Assembly: GCA_965603825.1 (NCBI GenBank) | Contig: CBFDEM010000032.1 | Span: 771,078-835,077 of the forward strand | Direction: 5' to 3' | DNA from: Blepharisma stoltei ATCC 30299 | Taxonomy: Eukaryota; Protista; Ciliophora | Length of the DNA stretch: 64,000 nucleotides | Shown here: piece after piece, positions 12,763-22,763 of the stretch | Layout of the letters: the number at the start of each line of letters is the position of its first letter | How positions within the stretch are numbered: the first letter of the stretch is position 1 | Made by a program: the position numbers and the translations under genes | The notes under the pieces: generated by a model | Told to the model about the DNA's origin: nothing | The model's database searches: none | Seen by the model: only the letters and a program-made list of their open reading frames with translations

Positions 12763-15003
12763 ATGTACAACCAGCCTACATCTCAACAATGGCAACCTCC
12801 TACTTCTACAATGAGCCACTACACAAATCCAAGTCCTCAAATGAACCCTTTTCCTACCTCCAATCCTTCTGCATTTTCTATACAAAATCGTCCCAACACC
12901 TCATCACTATACCCTCAAACTTCATATACCCAATCTAATGCAAACCCATTTTCTGTCCAAACTACGCTTCCTTATAGCTCAACTGCAATGCAAACAAGCT
13001 ATTCTTCCGGAGCCAGCACTTATAGTAGTCAAACTACTCAAAATCGTTATGGTGGACTTGGATCATCTCTTTCTAATGGCGCCCCTCTGATTTCAGGAGA
13101 AAAATGCCCTGTAGATTTAGATGGCACAGGGAGTGTGTATGTATATCATATCGCAGCCCTTGCTAAAAATCAACAAAAACATATTGATGAAATGAGATAT
13201 GAGGATTATAAATATAAAAGAAACCCAATGGGAATGAATTCTCAGCCTTTTGGGAGCTCACAAATAAATAATCCATTTCAAAGCAACGCATACGGAAGCC
13301 GAATTGGGACGTCAGGAATGACAACAGGGAGTTTTCAGCCCAACACAACGAATCCATTCTCTAATACAGGCCAATATGGAAATCCGTCAGTAAGCCAAGC
13401 ACCTTATGGATCTCAACCGTCTCCATTCAGCATAAATAACAATACTTTTAGTACCACACCTTCAAGACTGCCAAGCACAGGAATAGGGAATTACAATCAG
13501 TTCGGGAACAACATAGCTCCAGCAGCCAATCCTTTTTCTTCAAATTTTGATATAAATCAAGGCCGCACAACGCCAAACCCATTCGCTGCAAGTCAGCCTT
13601 TCCAATTAGCAAGTTCTTCTAGAATCAGCAGCCAAAACCCTTTTACGCCTTCATTTCCTTCAAATACAAGCACATCGTCTACAAATATGCAGAATCCTTA
13701 TATGAATCCTTATCCATCCCCTCAGGGCTCTACAAGTAACCCTTTTATGAGCTCATACCAGCCCTATTCTCCTCCAATGTCTTCTTCAGGATTTTTTGTG
13801 AACCCTCCTTCTTTTAACCCTCCTATGAACTCATTGTATTCTCAAAGTACTAATTCAAGGCAAATAAATCCTTATATGAATTCTTCATTGGTTCCTCAAA
13901 TGGGTGCTTTAATGGATGCTTTTAAAGACCCTCATGGGCTAAGTTGGCTATTTCCTGACGAAACTCCTGAAAATGTGCTGAAAATTCATCAGCAAAGAAA
14001 AAATGAAAAAAATGCGCCTGAGGCAGTTCCGCTGATAGATAGAATTGCGATGACAAAAAAGCAGCAGCCTTCTTATACAAATTCAAGAAGCATTAGTGAT
14101 AAGTGAGCACCTGTGTCTCAATCAAAGAAATTTGAACTAAAACCTCTAAAAGAGATAACTACAAATGAGAATAATTGAAGAGAAAAAAAGCTTGAGCCAT
14201 TTAAAATTGATATAAAACCCAATTTTTCTAATGTAAGGCTTGAAGAATATAAAGATGATGATATAAACTGCTTTAAAATCATAGGCTCAAAAAAATCAGC
14301 TTCTAAGCTAGACACCAGCAACGACGTCATTATTGTCCTTCACGAGCCAGAATTCATACGAATCCTCATCCCAGTAACCCGAACCACCACAATTTACGAT
14401 CTAAAATCCCACATAACCCGACAAATAAAAATCCCTGAAAACACCCAAATCCAATTAGTATATAAATCAATGGTTCTAAAAGACAGCGACACAATTATTG
14501 ATGCAGGCATCGGAAACCATGAAGAAATTTTAGCTGCTTTAAAAAAATTGTCCCCAGTAAAGCAATCTCACCTTGTACCAACCGAACTTTTGCCGAAATT
14601 AAATAAAGCTGGATACTCAATGACCCCTCATATATGGGACATGGCAAATATGACTGAAGAAGAACTGTCAAAAATAACCAATTTTTCTATAGAAAACCAG
14701 TATGGAAAAATTATTTTTGATGGCGAAACTTCTGTGTTAAATTTAGATATAAATAATATCATAGAAATTGTGCAAAATTCTATTGATGTTTATCCAGAAA
14801 AAAGTAGTATAGAAAAACCACCTATTGGAGAAGGGCTCAATAAGCCTGCAGAACTGCATTTGTATAACTGCAGGCCTGGGAAAGCTACAAGTACCGAAAA
14901 ATTTGAAGAAAGATTGCACAGGATTTGTGATAAAAGTGGCAGTGAATTTGTAAATTGGAATCCAAGCACCGGGGAGTGGGTTTTTAGGGTTCAAAATTTT
15001 TAA
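12763..15003 (+). CDS. NUP98: Nup98-family nucleoporin (NPF-rich repeats, GLEBS-like motif, UBL insert, autoproteolytic domain), ~746 aa
   Basis: TGA=Trp at 14104 and 14176 joins the two ORFs. GLEBS-like 'HIAALAKNQQKHIDEMRYEDY'; C-terminal Nucleoporin2 domain 'GYSMTP...NFSIENQYGKIIF...VYP...KPPIGEGLNKPA...GEWVFRVQNF'. Confidence 0.88.
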
Positions 15004-15017
15004 GTTAATTAATTAAT

Positions 15018-16382
15018 ATGGAATTGATATTAGACCAACAAGCAGTTGCTATTATTCGCCAAGCATTTCAGTGCTGTGATATCGACGGAGATGGATTTAT
15101 AAGTAAAAATGACTTAAAAATTTCTTCTGGAATAGAAGACGAGTCTGATATCGAGAAAATATTTTTTGCTATTAAAGACTCAACTGACAACAATCCTATC
15201 ACTTTTGAAGAATTCAAAAAAGGGATCATGGATTTTCCGTTCTTATTAGAACAGTTTAAACAAGAATACACAGAAAAACCGAAAAAAAATAAAGTTAACG
15301 TCCCTAAACTAGTGATAAAAATTGACGAAGCTGAAGAAGAGTATATTTCTACAAGGGACAGCCCGACTTTTATGTTACAAAACGTTTTCACGTATTTTCA
15401 AAATGCTGTGAGAGAATTCTCGGAACAAATAAGCGCCCCTGAGCCTAGTGGGATTTCGAGAAGGAGTGATAGCTTGGATGAATGTCGACGCTTGCTTAAC
15501 AATTTGTTAAGAAAACCTGAATTAAGGCAGCCAAACCCTCAGATTTCAGTAGTTAATGGTGCTTTATCACTGCTTGATTATATAGAATCAGAAAAAAGCA
15601 AGTTCCAAAATCAATTGGAGCATTTGCAAAATGAAATAAATGACAAAAAAATTGCATTAAAAAATTCAGAAGTAAATAATGAAAGGCTAAAAACGAGAAA
15701 TGAAGAATTGCTAGAAAACTTGTCGAAGCTTGAAAGCGAAAATAGCAGAAGATACGAAGACCATATAACAGCTGTAAAAGAAAAAAAATTGCTGCAAAAC
15801 CAGCTAAGGAACAATGAAGCTAAAGCAAAAATGGAAATTGGGAATATACAGAACGTGATTGCAGAAAAAGAAAAAGCCATAAAAAATTTGGAAAAAGAAA
15901 TTAATAGACTAAGATCATTTAAAACGCTACAGGAGCTGACGTATCATAAAGATTTTTCGCCTGACCAAGTCAGGAAAAATAGAATAAGCACATATACCCC
16001 TAGAAATGTGATGACTTTTGTGTCACCGATTGGGTCACCTAAATATACAAAAAAACAAAAAAAATTCAATTTGGATGTGATAGCTCCTAATGAGCTGGAA
16101 AGAAAAACCAAGGAATTTAGAGAAAAAGAAATTGTTTATATTGGACAGATTGATAAGCTTACAAAAGAATTAAGCGCTATGAAAGAAAAAGAAGAAAATA
16201 AAAATTTTCCGAGCAATTCACAAAGAAATAGTTCGCTTCATGAAGATTTGGAGCTGCTAAAAGATATTCCTGGAATTGATGCATTTTCATTAAATTCCAG
16301 TAAAAATCCAAATACCCCGACATATGTGATAGATGAAGACCAAAAAATAAAAAAACGCAGATGCTGCGGGCTTTTTTGGTAA
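15018..16382 (+). CDS. EF-hand + coiled-coil protein with C-terminal polybasic-CC tail, 454 aa
   Basis: EF hand 'AFQCCDIDGDGFISKNDL', second degenerate hand 'ITFEEF', ends KKRRCCGLFW. Confidence 0.8.
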   Translation: MELILDQQAVAIIRQAFQCCDIDGDGFISKNDLKISSGIEDESDIEKIFFAIKDSTDNNPITFEEFKKGIMDFPFLLEQFKQEYTEKPKKNKVNVPKLVIKIDEAEEEYISTRDSPTFMLQNVFTYFQNAVREFSEQISAPEPSGISRRSDSLDECRRLLNNLLRKPELRQPNPQISVVNGALSLLDYIESEKSKFQNQLEHLQNEINDKKIALKNSEVNNERLKTRNEELLENLSKLESENSRRYEDHITAVKEKKLLQNQLRNNEAKAKMEIGNIQNVIAEKEKAIKNLEKEINRLRSFKTLQELTYHKDFSPDQVRKNRISTYTPRNVMTFVSPIGSPKYTKKQKKFNLDVIAPNELERKTKEFREKEIVYIGQIDKLTKELSAMKEKEENKNFPSNSQRNSSLHEDLELLKDIPGIDAFSLNSSKNPNTPTYVIDEDQKIKKRRCCGLFW

Positions 16383-16782
16383 TTAAACCTATTTATCTAA
16401 TTTTTTTAATGTAAAAATGCTTGGATTAGTATTATATTTGAAAATAATAGTTTTTTAATGATAATTGAATTTAGACCTAAAATTGTATTAAGGAGGCTGT
16501 GAAATATAGGCATAGAAAATAAATTGGAACGATTTTGGAAAAAATTGGTCCAGAACTATCCAATAACCTTTTAATTAAATTAAACCTAAAATTAATCTAA
16601 AAATCTTTAACATTTATTATTATTTCGATTTGCATTCAAAATCTAAAATAAATCTTGTAAGAATTTTCATTAAAATTACATTAATCAATGATAAGTTAAG
16701 ACATCGATCAATTATTTATATAATTATTTAAAAGCTATTATGATAGAGAAAATCGAAAATTTATATCGTTGAATCATAAAAT

Positions 16783-19467
16783 ATGTCAAGCCCAATTAAG
16801 GTGGCTTCTTCAGAAAATAACACGAACACTCATATAGAAAAAGCCCGAAATGCTTCAGCTCCAAAAAGTGCAATTTTAGACGAGAAATCTCCCACATCTA
16901 GAGAAATCTTACTCCAACATATTAAAGGGATTGGAAATACTAATCAGGCTAGATCATCTAAAACGCCATCACCAATGCTAAAGCAAGGTGAGTATGGTGT
17001 ATTCAATATTGATTTAAGAAAAAAATCCATCGAGCCTTTAACACCCAAAGGTGCTGAAGAAGAAAACAATGAAGGAAAAGATAATCATGAAAAAAATTGA
17101 AATCTATTAACTGAGCTGCAAAATCCAAACCGAGAAGGGTTTTTTACATTCAGAGGTGACCAAGATATTCAAAGTTCTAAAGAAGATCTCAAAAAAGAAG
17201 GAGTTTTAGTAATTTCAATTGAAGATGAAATAAATAAAGAGTCAATTGTAGAGCTCAGAAAAGAAATAATGAAAGAAAACAAGGCAGAAGAAGTAAAAGT
17301 TGAAAGCCATACGTCTGCAATTGATTTTGTTAGGGGAAATCTCAAAAAAGATACATTACCAAAAGAAACTCCAAATAAACTATCTGAACCTATTAGCATT
17401 TTTGAAGAAAAACAGCCAAAGTTTATAGAAAAAGCTGAGCCACCTCTGCCAACCTTATACAGCTCAAATATTTCTCCCAAAACTAAAGAAAAGCCTATTT
17501 TAGAAATTCAAAAGCCGATACTAAACCTTGAGAAATCAATTGATCTTTCAATAGTTACCCAAGAAAGAAATAGGTCATCTTCCTCACATATCCAAAGTGC
17601 TGCAATGGCAAGTCAGCTGAAACCAGCAAGCCAAAGATCAGTAACTCCTCAGCAAGAATTCCATCCTCCGTCTGTGCTAACTTTTGATGAATTTATGTCA
17701 CAATGTGACCCAAATAGGTCTAGTTTTGCCTCTAATTCGCCTTTGACCAACTCTTTTATAGGCCAATCTCCTAAAGATTTTAACCCTCCAGCACCTCAAC
17801 GTCCAGTAAAAAAATACGAAATATTTAAAAAACAAGCCCAAGAAAAAGAAAAATTGATGATAAAAAGGAAAAAATCAATCATAAAAATCCAGGCACATAT
17901 ACGAGGATGGCTGTGTAGGCTGAGGGTGAAAAGGATAAAAGATAGATATAGAGAAACACAAAGATTATTGAGGATACGTGATGTGTGTGAAAGGATAAAA
18001 ATATCATGGGCTCCTTATATAATTTTAAAAGCTTTACAAAGGTGAGTAGAGATAAGGCGAAAAGAAAAATTAGAAGTTTATAATATGTTTGTGGAATATT
18101 CTGCAGTATTTATACAAAAGTTTTTTAGGGGATATTTAACTAGAAAAAAATGGTGGACGATTATTGAGGCAAGAATAAATGCGAAAAGTGTGATTTTATC
18201 ACTCGTAAGAGCGTGAAAAACCAGGAAAATTTTAAAAACTAAAGAAATGAGGAATATTGAAATAGGAATAAAAGATATGACAAAACTTGCATCAGAATTC
18301 TCTAGCGAAGGAAATCCAAACACTCTATTATCTAAAGTCCATCAGCAAATTCCTGCATTAAAAAGAAAATACATTCAGGAATTCCGTAAAATCTATAACC
18401 AAGGCTCATGGGTTTATTTGCCGCCTCTCTCCAAAATCCACACCCCTTATGATCCATCAACCCCAAAAAATGACAAACAAGGGCCAATAGTAAAAACTGA
18501 GTCTTTCAGACTGAGCCTAGAAAGAAGCAATAGTTCTTCATCTCCACAATATCCAAAAGAAAATTATGACTTTGATACGGACATTTATATACAGAAGGAC
18601 AAAGAAATCTACTCTAGTCACTATAGCAGAGAAGACCAGCCTATTAAGCCTCTACAAGTGACTTATAACCAAATAGCTGAACAAGGAGAAGACGCCATCG
18701 AGTCTATGACTGAAACAAAACCAGTCAAAAAATTTTCAAATTTTTTGAAAAGAGGGGAAAAGAAAAAATATGACCCACTAAAGAAGGCAAAAGAAAATAA
18801 AAATAGAAAATCAATTGAGGCGAAAAAAGAAGAAGAAAAAGTAGAAGAAAAGCCTATTGAAGAAAAAGTAGAAGAAAAACCTATTGAAGAAAAAACGATT
18901 GAGGCTCCAAAGGTGAATGAAAAAAGAACTAGAGGAAGAAAAAAGTCTCCAGAAGCACCTATTAAAGGGCTAGACAATGAAGAAATAGAAAAGAAAATAG
19001 AAGAAGATGTAAATAATGTAGAAGACCCAGAAGATACAAAAAGAAATACCACCCCACATTCCTATTTAAAAAGAAAATCCCAAACTTACAAACCTGCCAC
19101 AAAAGTTGAATGAAAAGTCCAAAAACGAATCGATTGTTGGGGCTCTCCCAATGTCAACGAGCATATAGAAAAAAAGAAAAAGCCTATCGTCCCGTCAATC
19201 CAATTGGAAAAACAGGGCATCCCTATAGAAGACCTCGAAAGTATTTTTTCAGGAATCGCCAGAAACCATATAAATCCCAACTATTTTTTCAAAAATCGTG
19301 AGGTAAAGGACACAATAATTCCCCAATTTAACGAAAATTCTTATTTTATAACCCATTATAGTGATGATATATATCAAGACACCCTGAAAGTGCTGGATGA
19401 CCATTATCAATATCTTTGCAATGAAGATGAATCTGTTTTGGATAGATCTTTAAATAATAATTATTAA
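16783..19467 (+). CDS. IQ-motif (calmodulin-binding) protein, ~894 aa
   Basis: Four same-frame fragments joined through TGA (17098, 18043, 18214, 19111). IQ motifs 'IKIQAHIRGWLCR' and 'VFIQKFFRGYLTRKK'. Confidence 0.8.
18832..18894 (+). repeat. 27-bp in-frame tandem repeat (EEKVEEKPI x2.3)
   Basis: GAAGAAAAAGTAGAAGAAAA(G/A)CCTATT occurs twice plus a partial copy. Confidence 0.85.
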
Positions 19468-19485
19468 ATATAAAGAATTCAGTTT

Positions 19486-20658
19486 TTAGCGATTTAATAT
19501 TATTGGCTGTGGTGATGGACACACCTGTCACAGATGTAAATATTTGTCGATCCTAAACTGCAGACTTGCGATTTCAGAGCGATATCCTTCATTTTCCAGC
19601 TTAGTCCGTGACTCTAAGTCTTGGTATTTTCTATTTAACGCGAAATATCTGCCTTCTAAATCTGCCACTTTATTTTGGAAAATCGCTTGAAGACGGTTAT
19701 ATTGGTCCTTTATCAGGTCAAGCTTATCTTTAGTCTCTGACGACTGGTTCCTAAACTGATGGGCAAAGTCCATAGCTTTTTCATTGGCGTCCTTTTCTGC
19801 TTTACTCGTATCCTTTTTGGTTTTTATTTTATTATTTTGTGCTTCAATCAGCAAGGCGTCCAATTTCACCCTCATTTCTTGGGAATTTTCTAAAATTAGC
19901 CTTTCTCGTTCTTCATATTCATGCTTGAGCCTAATAATATCCCTTATAGCAAACAATTTCCCTTCCTGGGCTTTATTTAGCCTCTCTATCAAGCTATCTA
20001 ATTCTTGGCTGTTTTCTTCATAATTAGTCCTTAAAAAGTCTTCCCTGAACCTTTTATGTTCTCTTGCTTCATTGATTTTTTCAACGAAAAATCTCCTTTG
20101 GTCTTCAATTTCTTTTAATAATTGGTCTCTTTCTTTGGTCAATGACTCTGTCTGTGGGGACGGCAGATGAAGAGTCCTTATGATGTGCTTTGGCTTGAGG
20201 TCATTAGAATTGGAGTTAGACGCATAAGAATATACATTTAACGGCTTTTCTCCTTCAGATAAATATATATCTTGCTGAATCGGCTCTGTTTTTTCCATGA
20301 TTCTTAGCAGCTTGTCACGATTTCCTGCTTTGTTTTTGAAAAACTGCTCATGCTCGCTTGCCAAAGCGACAAGCTCGTCACGGCCTTTGTCGAGGACTGA
20401 TTGCCTTTCTTTGACCTGATGCATAAGCTCTTGTTCTTCTTCTAAGCGGGATTTTTGTTCCCATTCAAGCTTGTGCAAGTGCTCTTGGCGGACTCTAAGA
20501 CTTTCTTGTTTTCTGAGCCAGTCTTCAGCTTCTCGCTCACCTTCTTCCATTCTGTTTCTGTAGTAGGTCAAAATTTCTCAGTTATCGCTTTCAAAATCGG
20601 GCCGTGCTGAAAATTGAAGGGCTTTTGAAGACCATATATTTGACTCAAATGCAGCCAT
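19486..20658 (-). CDS. CCDC77: CCDC77-like centriolar coiled-coil protein, ~390 aa
   Basis: ATG 20658; 'EILTYYRNRMEEGEREAEDWL...HLHKLEWEQKSR' and 'RTKLENEGYRSEI' resemble CCDC77 N- and C-terminal motifs; TGA at 19528 read through to TAA at 19486. Confidence 0.65.
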
Positions 20659-20788
20659 TTTCAAACTTTATGAATGATATAATTAAATAGAAAATAATTT
20701 TTAGAGCATATAGGCTATTTAAGCCTGTTTTTCATATATATTCAATAATATTTCCTTAGCCATTATATATATTAATTTATTAAAACCA

Positions 20789-22633
20789 TTACGAAATGAT
20801 CTGATTTCTGGCAGTTGAGTACAGTTCACTAATAGACTCATCAATAGGCGCTCCATCTCTTGACTTCATCACAGTAGACTTCCTCCTCTGAGACCTTCTC
20901 GAGTACGAATTCAAGCTTGCCCTCGCAATCGCAGTGATATCTACATTATTCTTAACGACCGCCACATCTCTAATTCTTTCAATATCTTCAAAATCACTAA
21001 TAAACTCCGTCTTATTATCCACCTCAATTGAATCTGTCTTATCTCCCAGCCTTGGGTTGAGCATGCTAATTAATTTTGTGCTTACTTCTAAGCTGGTATT
21101 CCCCAATTTCGTCCTCGTCTTTTTAAACTGCCGAATCCTCTCAATTTCTTCATTTGCGTCAGCGTGACTTCTAGCATTTGGGTCTTTTGGGCATTGAAAG
21201 GCGGAGTGCCCAATTTGTCGGCAGCTTGGGCATTTCTTTTTGCTGCTTTTTTGGTCTTTTTCTTCAGGATTTACTTCTTCTTCGCTTTCGTCTTTCATTT
21301 CGTGCTTCGACCTGACGCAGCCAGGGGCGTCTTCTTTTGATTTTCCACAGCACCAATACATAGTACCGTTCCATTTTCCAGGGTGTAAGCAGCAGGACCA
21401 GTTAAAATTGTCCCTTTCATAGTAATTTTTATTACAAAACTTGCACAGTTTTTCTTCATCTAGGCCGTTTAATTTTCTTTTAGAGTTTATTTCTCGGGCT
21501 TGTTGGCGGAGTTTGGCGTATCCTTCATTGAGTTCGTCGTATTTTTTTTCTAAATCTTGGTATTTGCTTTCGAGGAAATCCCGCTCATCTTTGGCTTGGG
21601 AAATTTGTTTGGATTTTTGGTGGAGGACATCTTTTATGTGGTTTTTGAGGCTTTTGACCTCTTCGCGGTAGTCAGTTCTTTTCATAGAAAAAACGTGATT
21701 TTGTGTGATATATTCTATATACTTGGTAAGCGTGATTTCAGCGATGTCTTCGTTTTCAATGGTGTATAGGCATAACTCGACAGATTTTTGCTTTAAAATG
21801 TCATTTTCATCATGAATCGCGTCTCGACTATTGACTGGGCCGTTTAAGCTGAGGCTGGCTTCATAAAGACCTTTAAGCCTTTCTCCCATAATGTCGCTTT
21901 GCATTTCTAATAGAGAATACCAGTGTAAAAGTTCATTGGATTTGTTATCAAGTGACGCATTTCTGGTCCTTTCGTTACTGAGAAGCTGCCCAAGCAGGTT
22001 TCTTTCAGAGTCTTTAATCTCTTTAAGCCTCTGGTACTCAGCTACCTGTTCTATAATAAAATTGGTATTTTTTTCAGCTTTTTCCATAGACTGTACGCCA
22101 GTGCTGATTTGGCATCTTAAGGCAGCCAATGTGCATCTGCTTGTAATAAGCCTTTCTTGGTATTCGTTAATTTCTTCTTTAATTCGAAGCTTTTCTGCTT
22201 CTGTCATCTGCCATTTGGATTTTAGCTCACTGAGGTTTTTATTGATGCTTCTCAGTTCTTTTCCAATTATGTCGCTTAATTTTATGCCGTCGTAGGTCCC
22301 TTTTTCTGTGCTTGAGGTAACTCCATATACAGATGGACGCCTTTTGGCAGCGACATTTCTACAGTCAGCTTCAAACATAGGCAGTAAATATTTTCTGATG
22401 ACTTCTAAGGCGATTTCTGGGGTAACTTGTATATCTTCACGTGATTTGCGGTTTCGGATTTTATTACAAAATTCATATGTGATAAGTGGCTTTATTTTTC
22501 GGGTTGACCGAGATGTAGCAAGGTTGACTTTTCGCTTTCGGATTGAGGGTACTGATATTGTCTTAGAAAGAAAATGCGTGCTCATGGTTGACTCATTTGT
22601 GGAGTATTCCAGGGTTGTGCGATAAGAAAGCAT
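20789..22633 (-). CDS. Coiled-coil protein with Cys/His zinc motif and CCHC knuckle, 614 aa
   Basis: 'CKFCNKNY..N...C.LHPG....YWCCG.....PGC...KH' followed by 'CPSCRQIGHSAFQCP'. Confidence 0.8.
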   Translation of the reverse strand: MLSYRTTLEYSTNESTMSTHFLSKTISVPSIRKRKVNLATSRSTRKIKPLITYEFCNKIRNRKSREDIQVTPEIALEVIRKYLLPMFEADCRNVAAKRRPSVYGVTSSTEKGTYDGIKLSDIIGKELRSINKNLSELKSKWQMTEAEKLRIKEEINEYQERLITSRCTLAALRCQISTGVQSMEKAEKNTNFIIEQVAEYQRLKEIKDSERNLLGQLLSNERTRNASLDNKSNELLHWYSLLEMQSDIMGERLKGLYEASLSLNGPVNSRDAIHDENDILKQKSVELCLYTIENEDIAEITLTKYIEYITQNHVFSMKRTDYREEVKSLKNHIKDVLHQKSKQISQAKDERDFLESKYQDLEKKYDELNEGYAKLRQQAREINSKRKLNGLDEEKLCKFCNKNYYERDNFNWSCCLHPGKWNGTMYWCCGKSKEDAPGCVRSKHEMKDESEEEVNPEEKDQKSSKKKCPSCRQIGHSAFQCPKDPNARSHADANEEIERIRQFKKTRTKLGNTSLEVSTKLISMLNPRLGDKTDSIEVDNKTEFISDFEDIERIRDVAVVKNNVDITAIARASLNSYSRRSQRRKSTVMKSRDGAPIDESISELYSTARNQIIS

Positions 22634-22763
22634 GTTTTATAGCTTTTAATAAAAAAAATGCATCATTGCCCTCAGTTAGATAGTTTTCAATTAATAATTA
22701 TTACAAAAAATAGCTAGAAATAAGCTGCAGATAATCAAAAAATATTCTCAGTTTTAATAAATT

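Noticed and set aside
21185-21240. CCHC knuckle as a retrotransposon Gag
   Set aside because: No protease, RT, integrase or LTRs nearby; embedded in a cellular coiled-coil gene.
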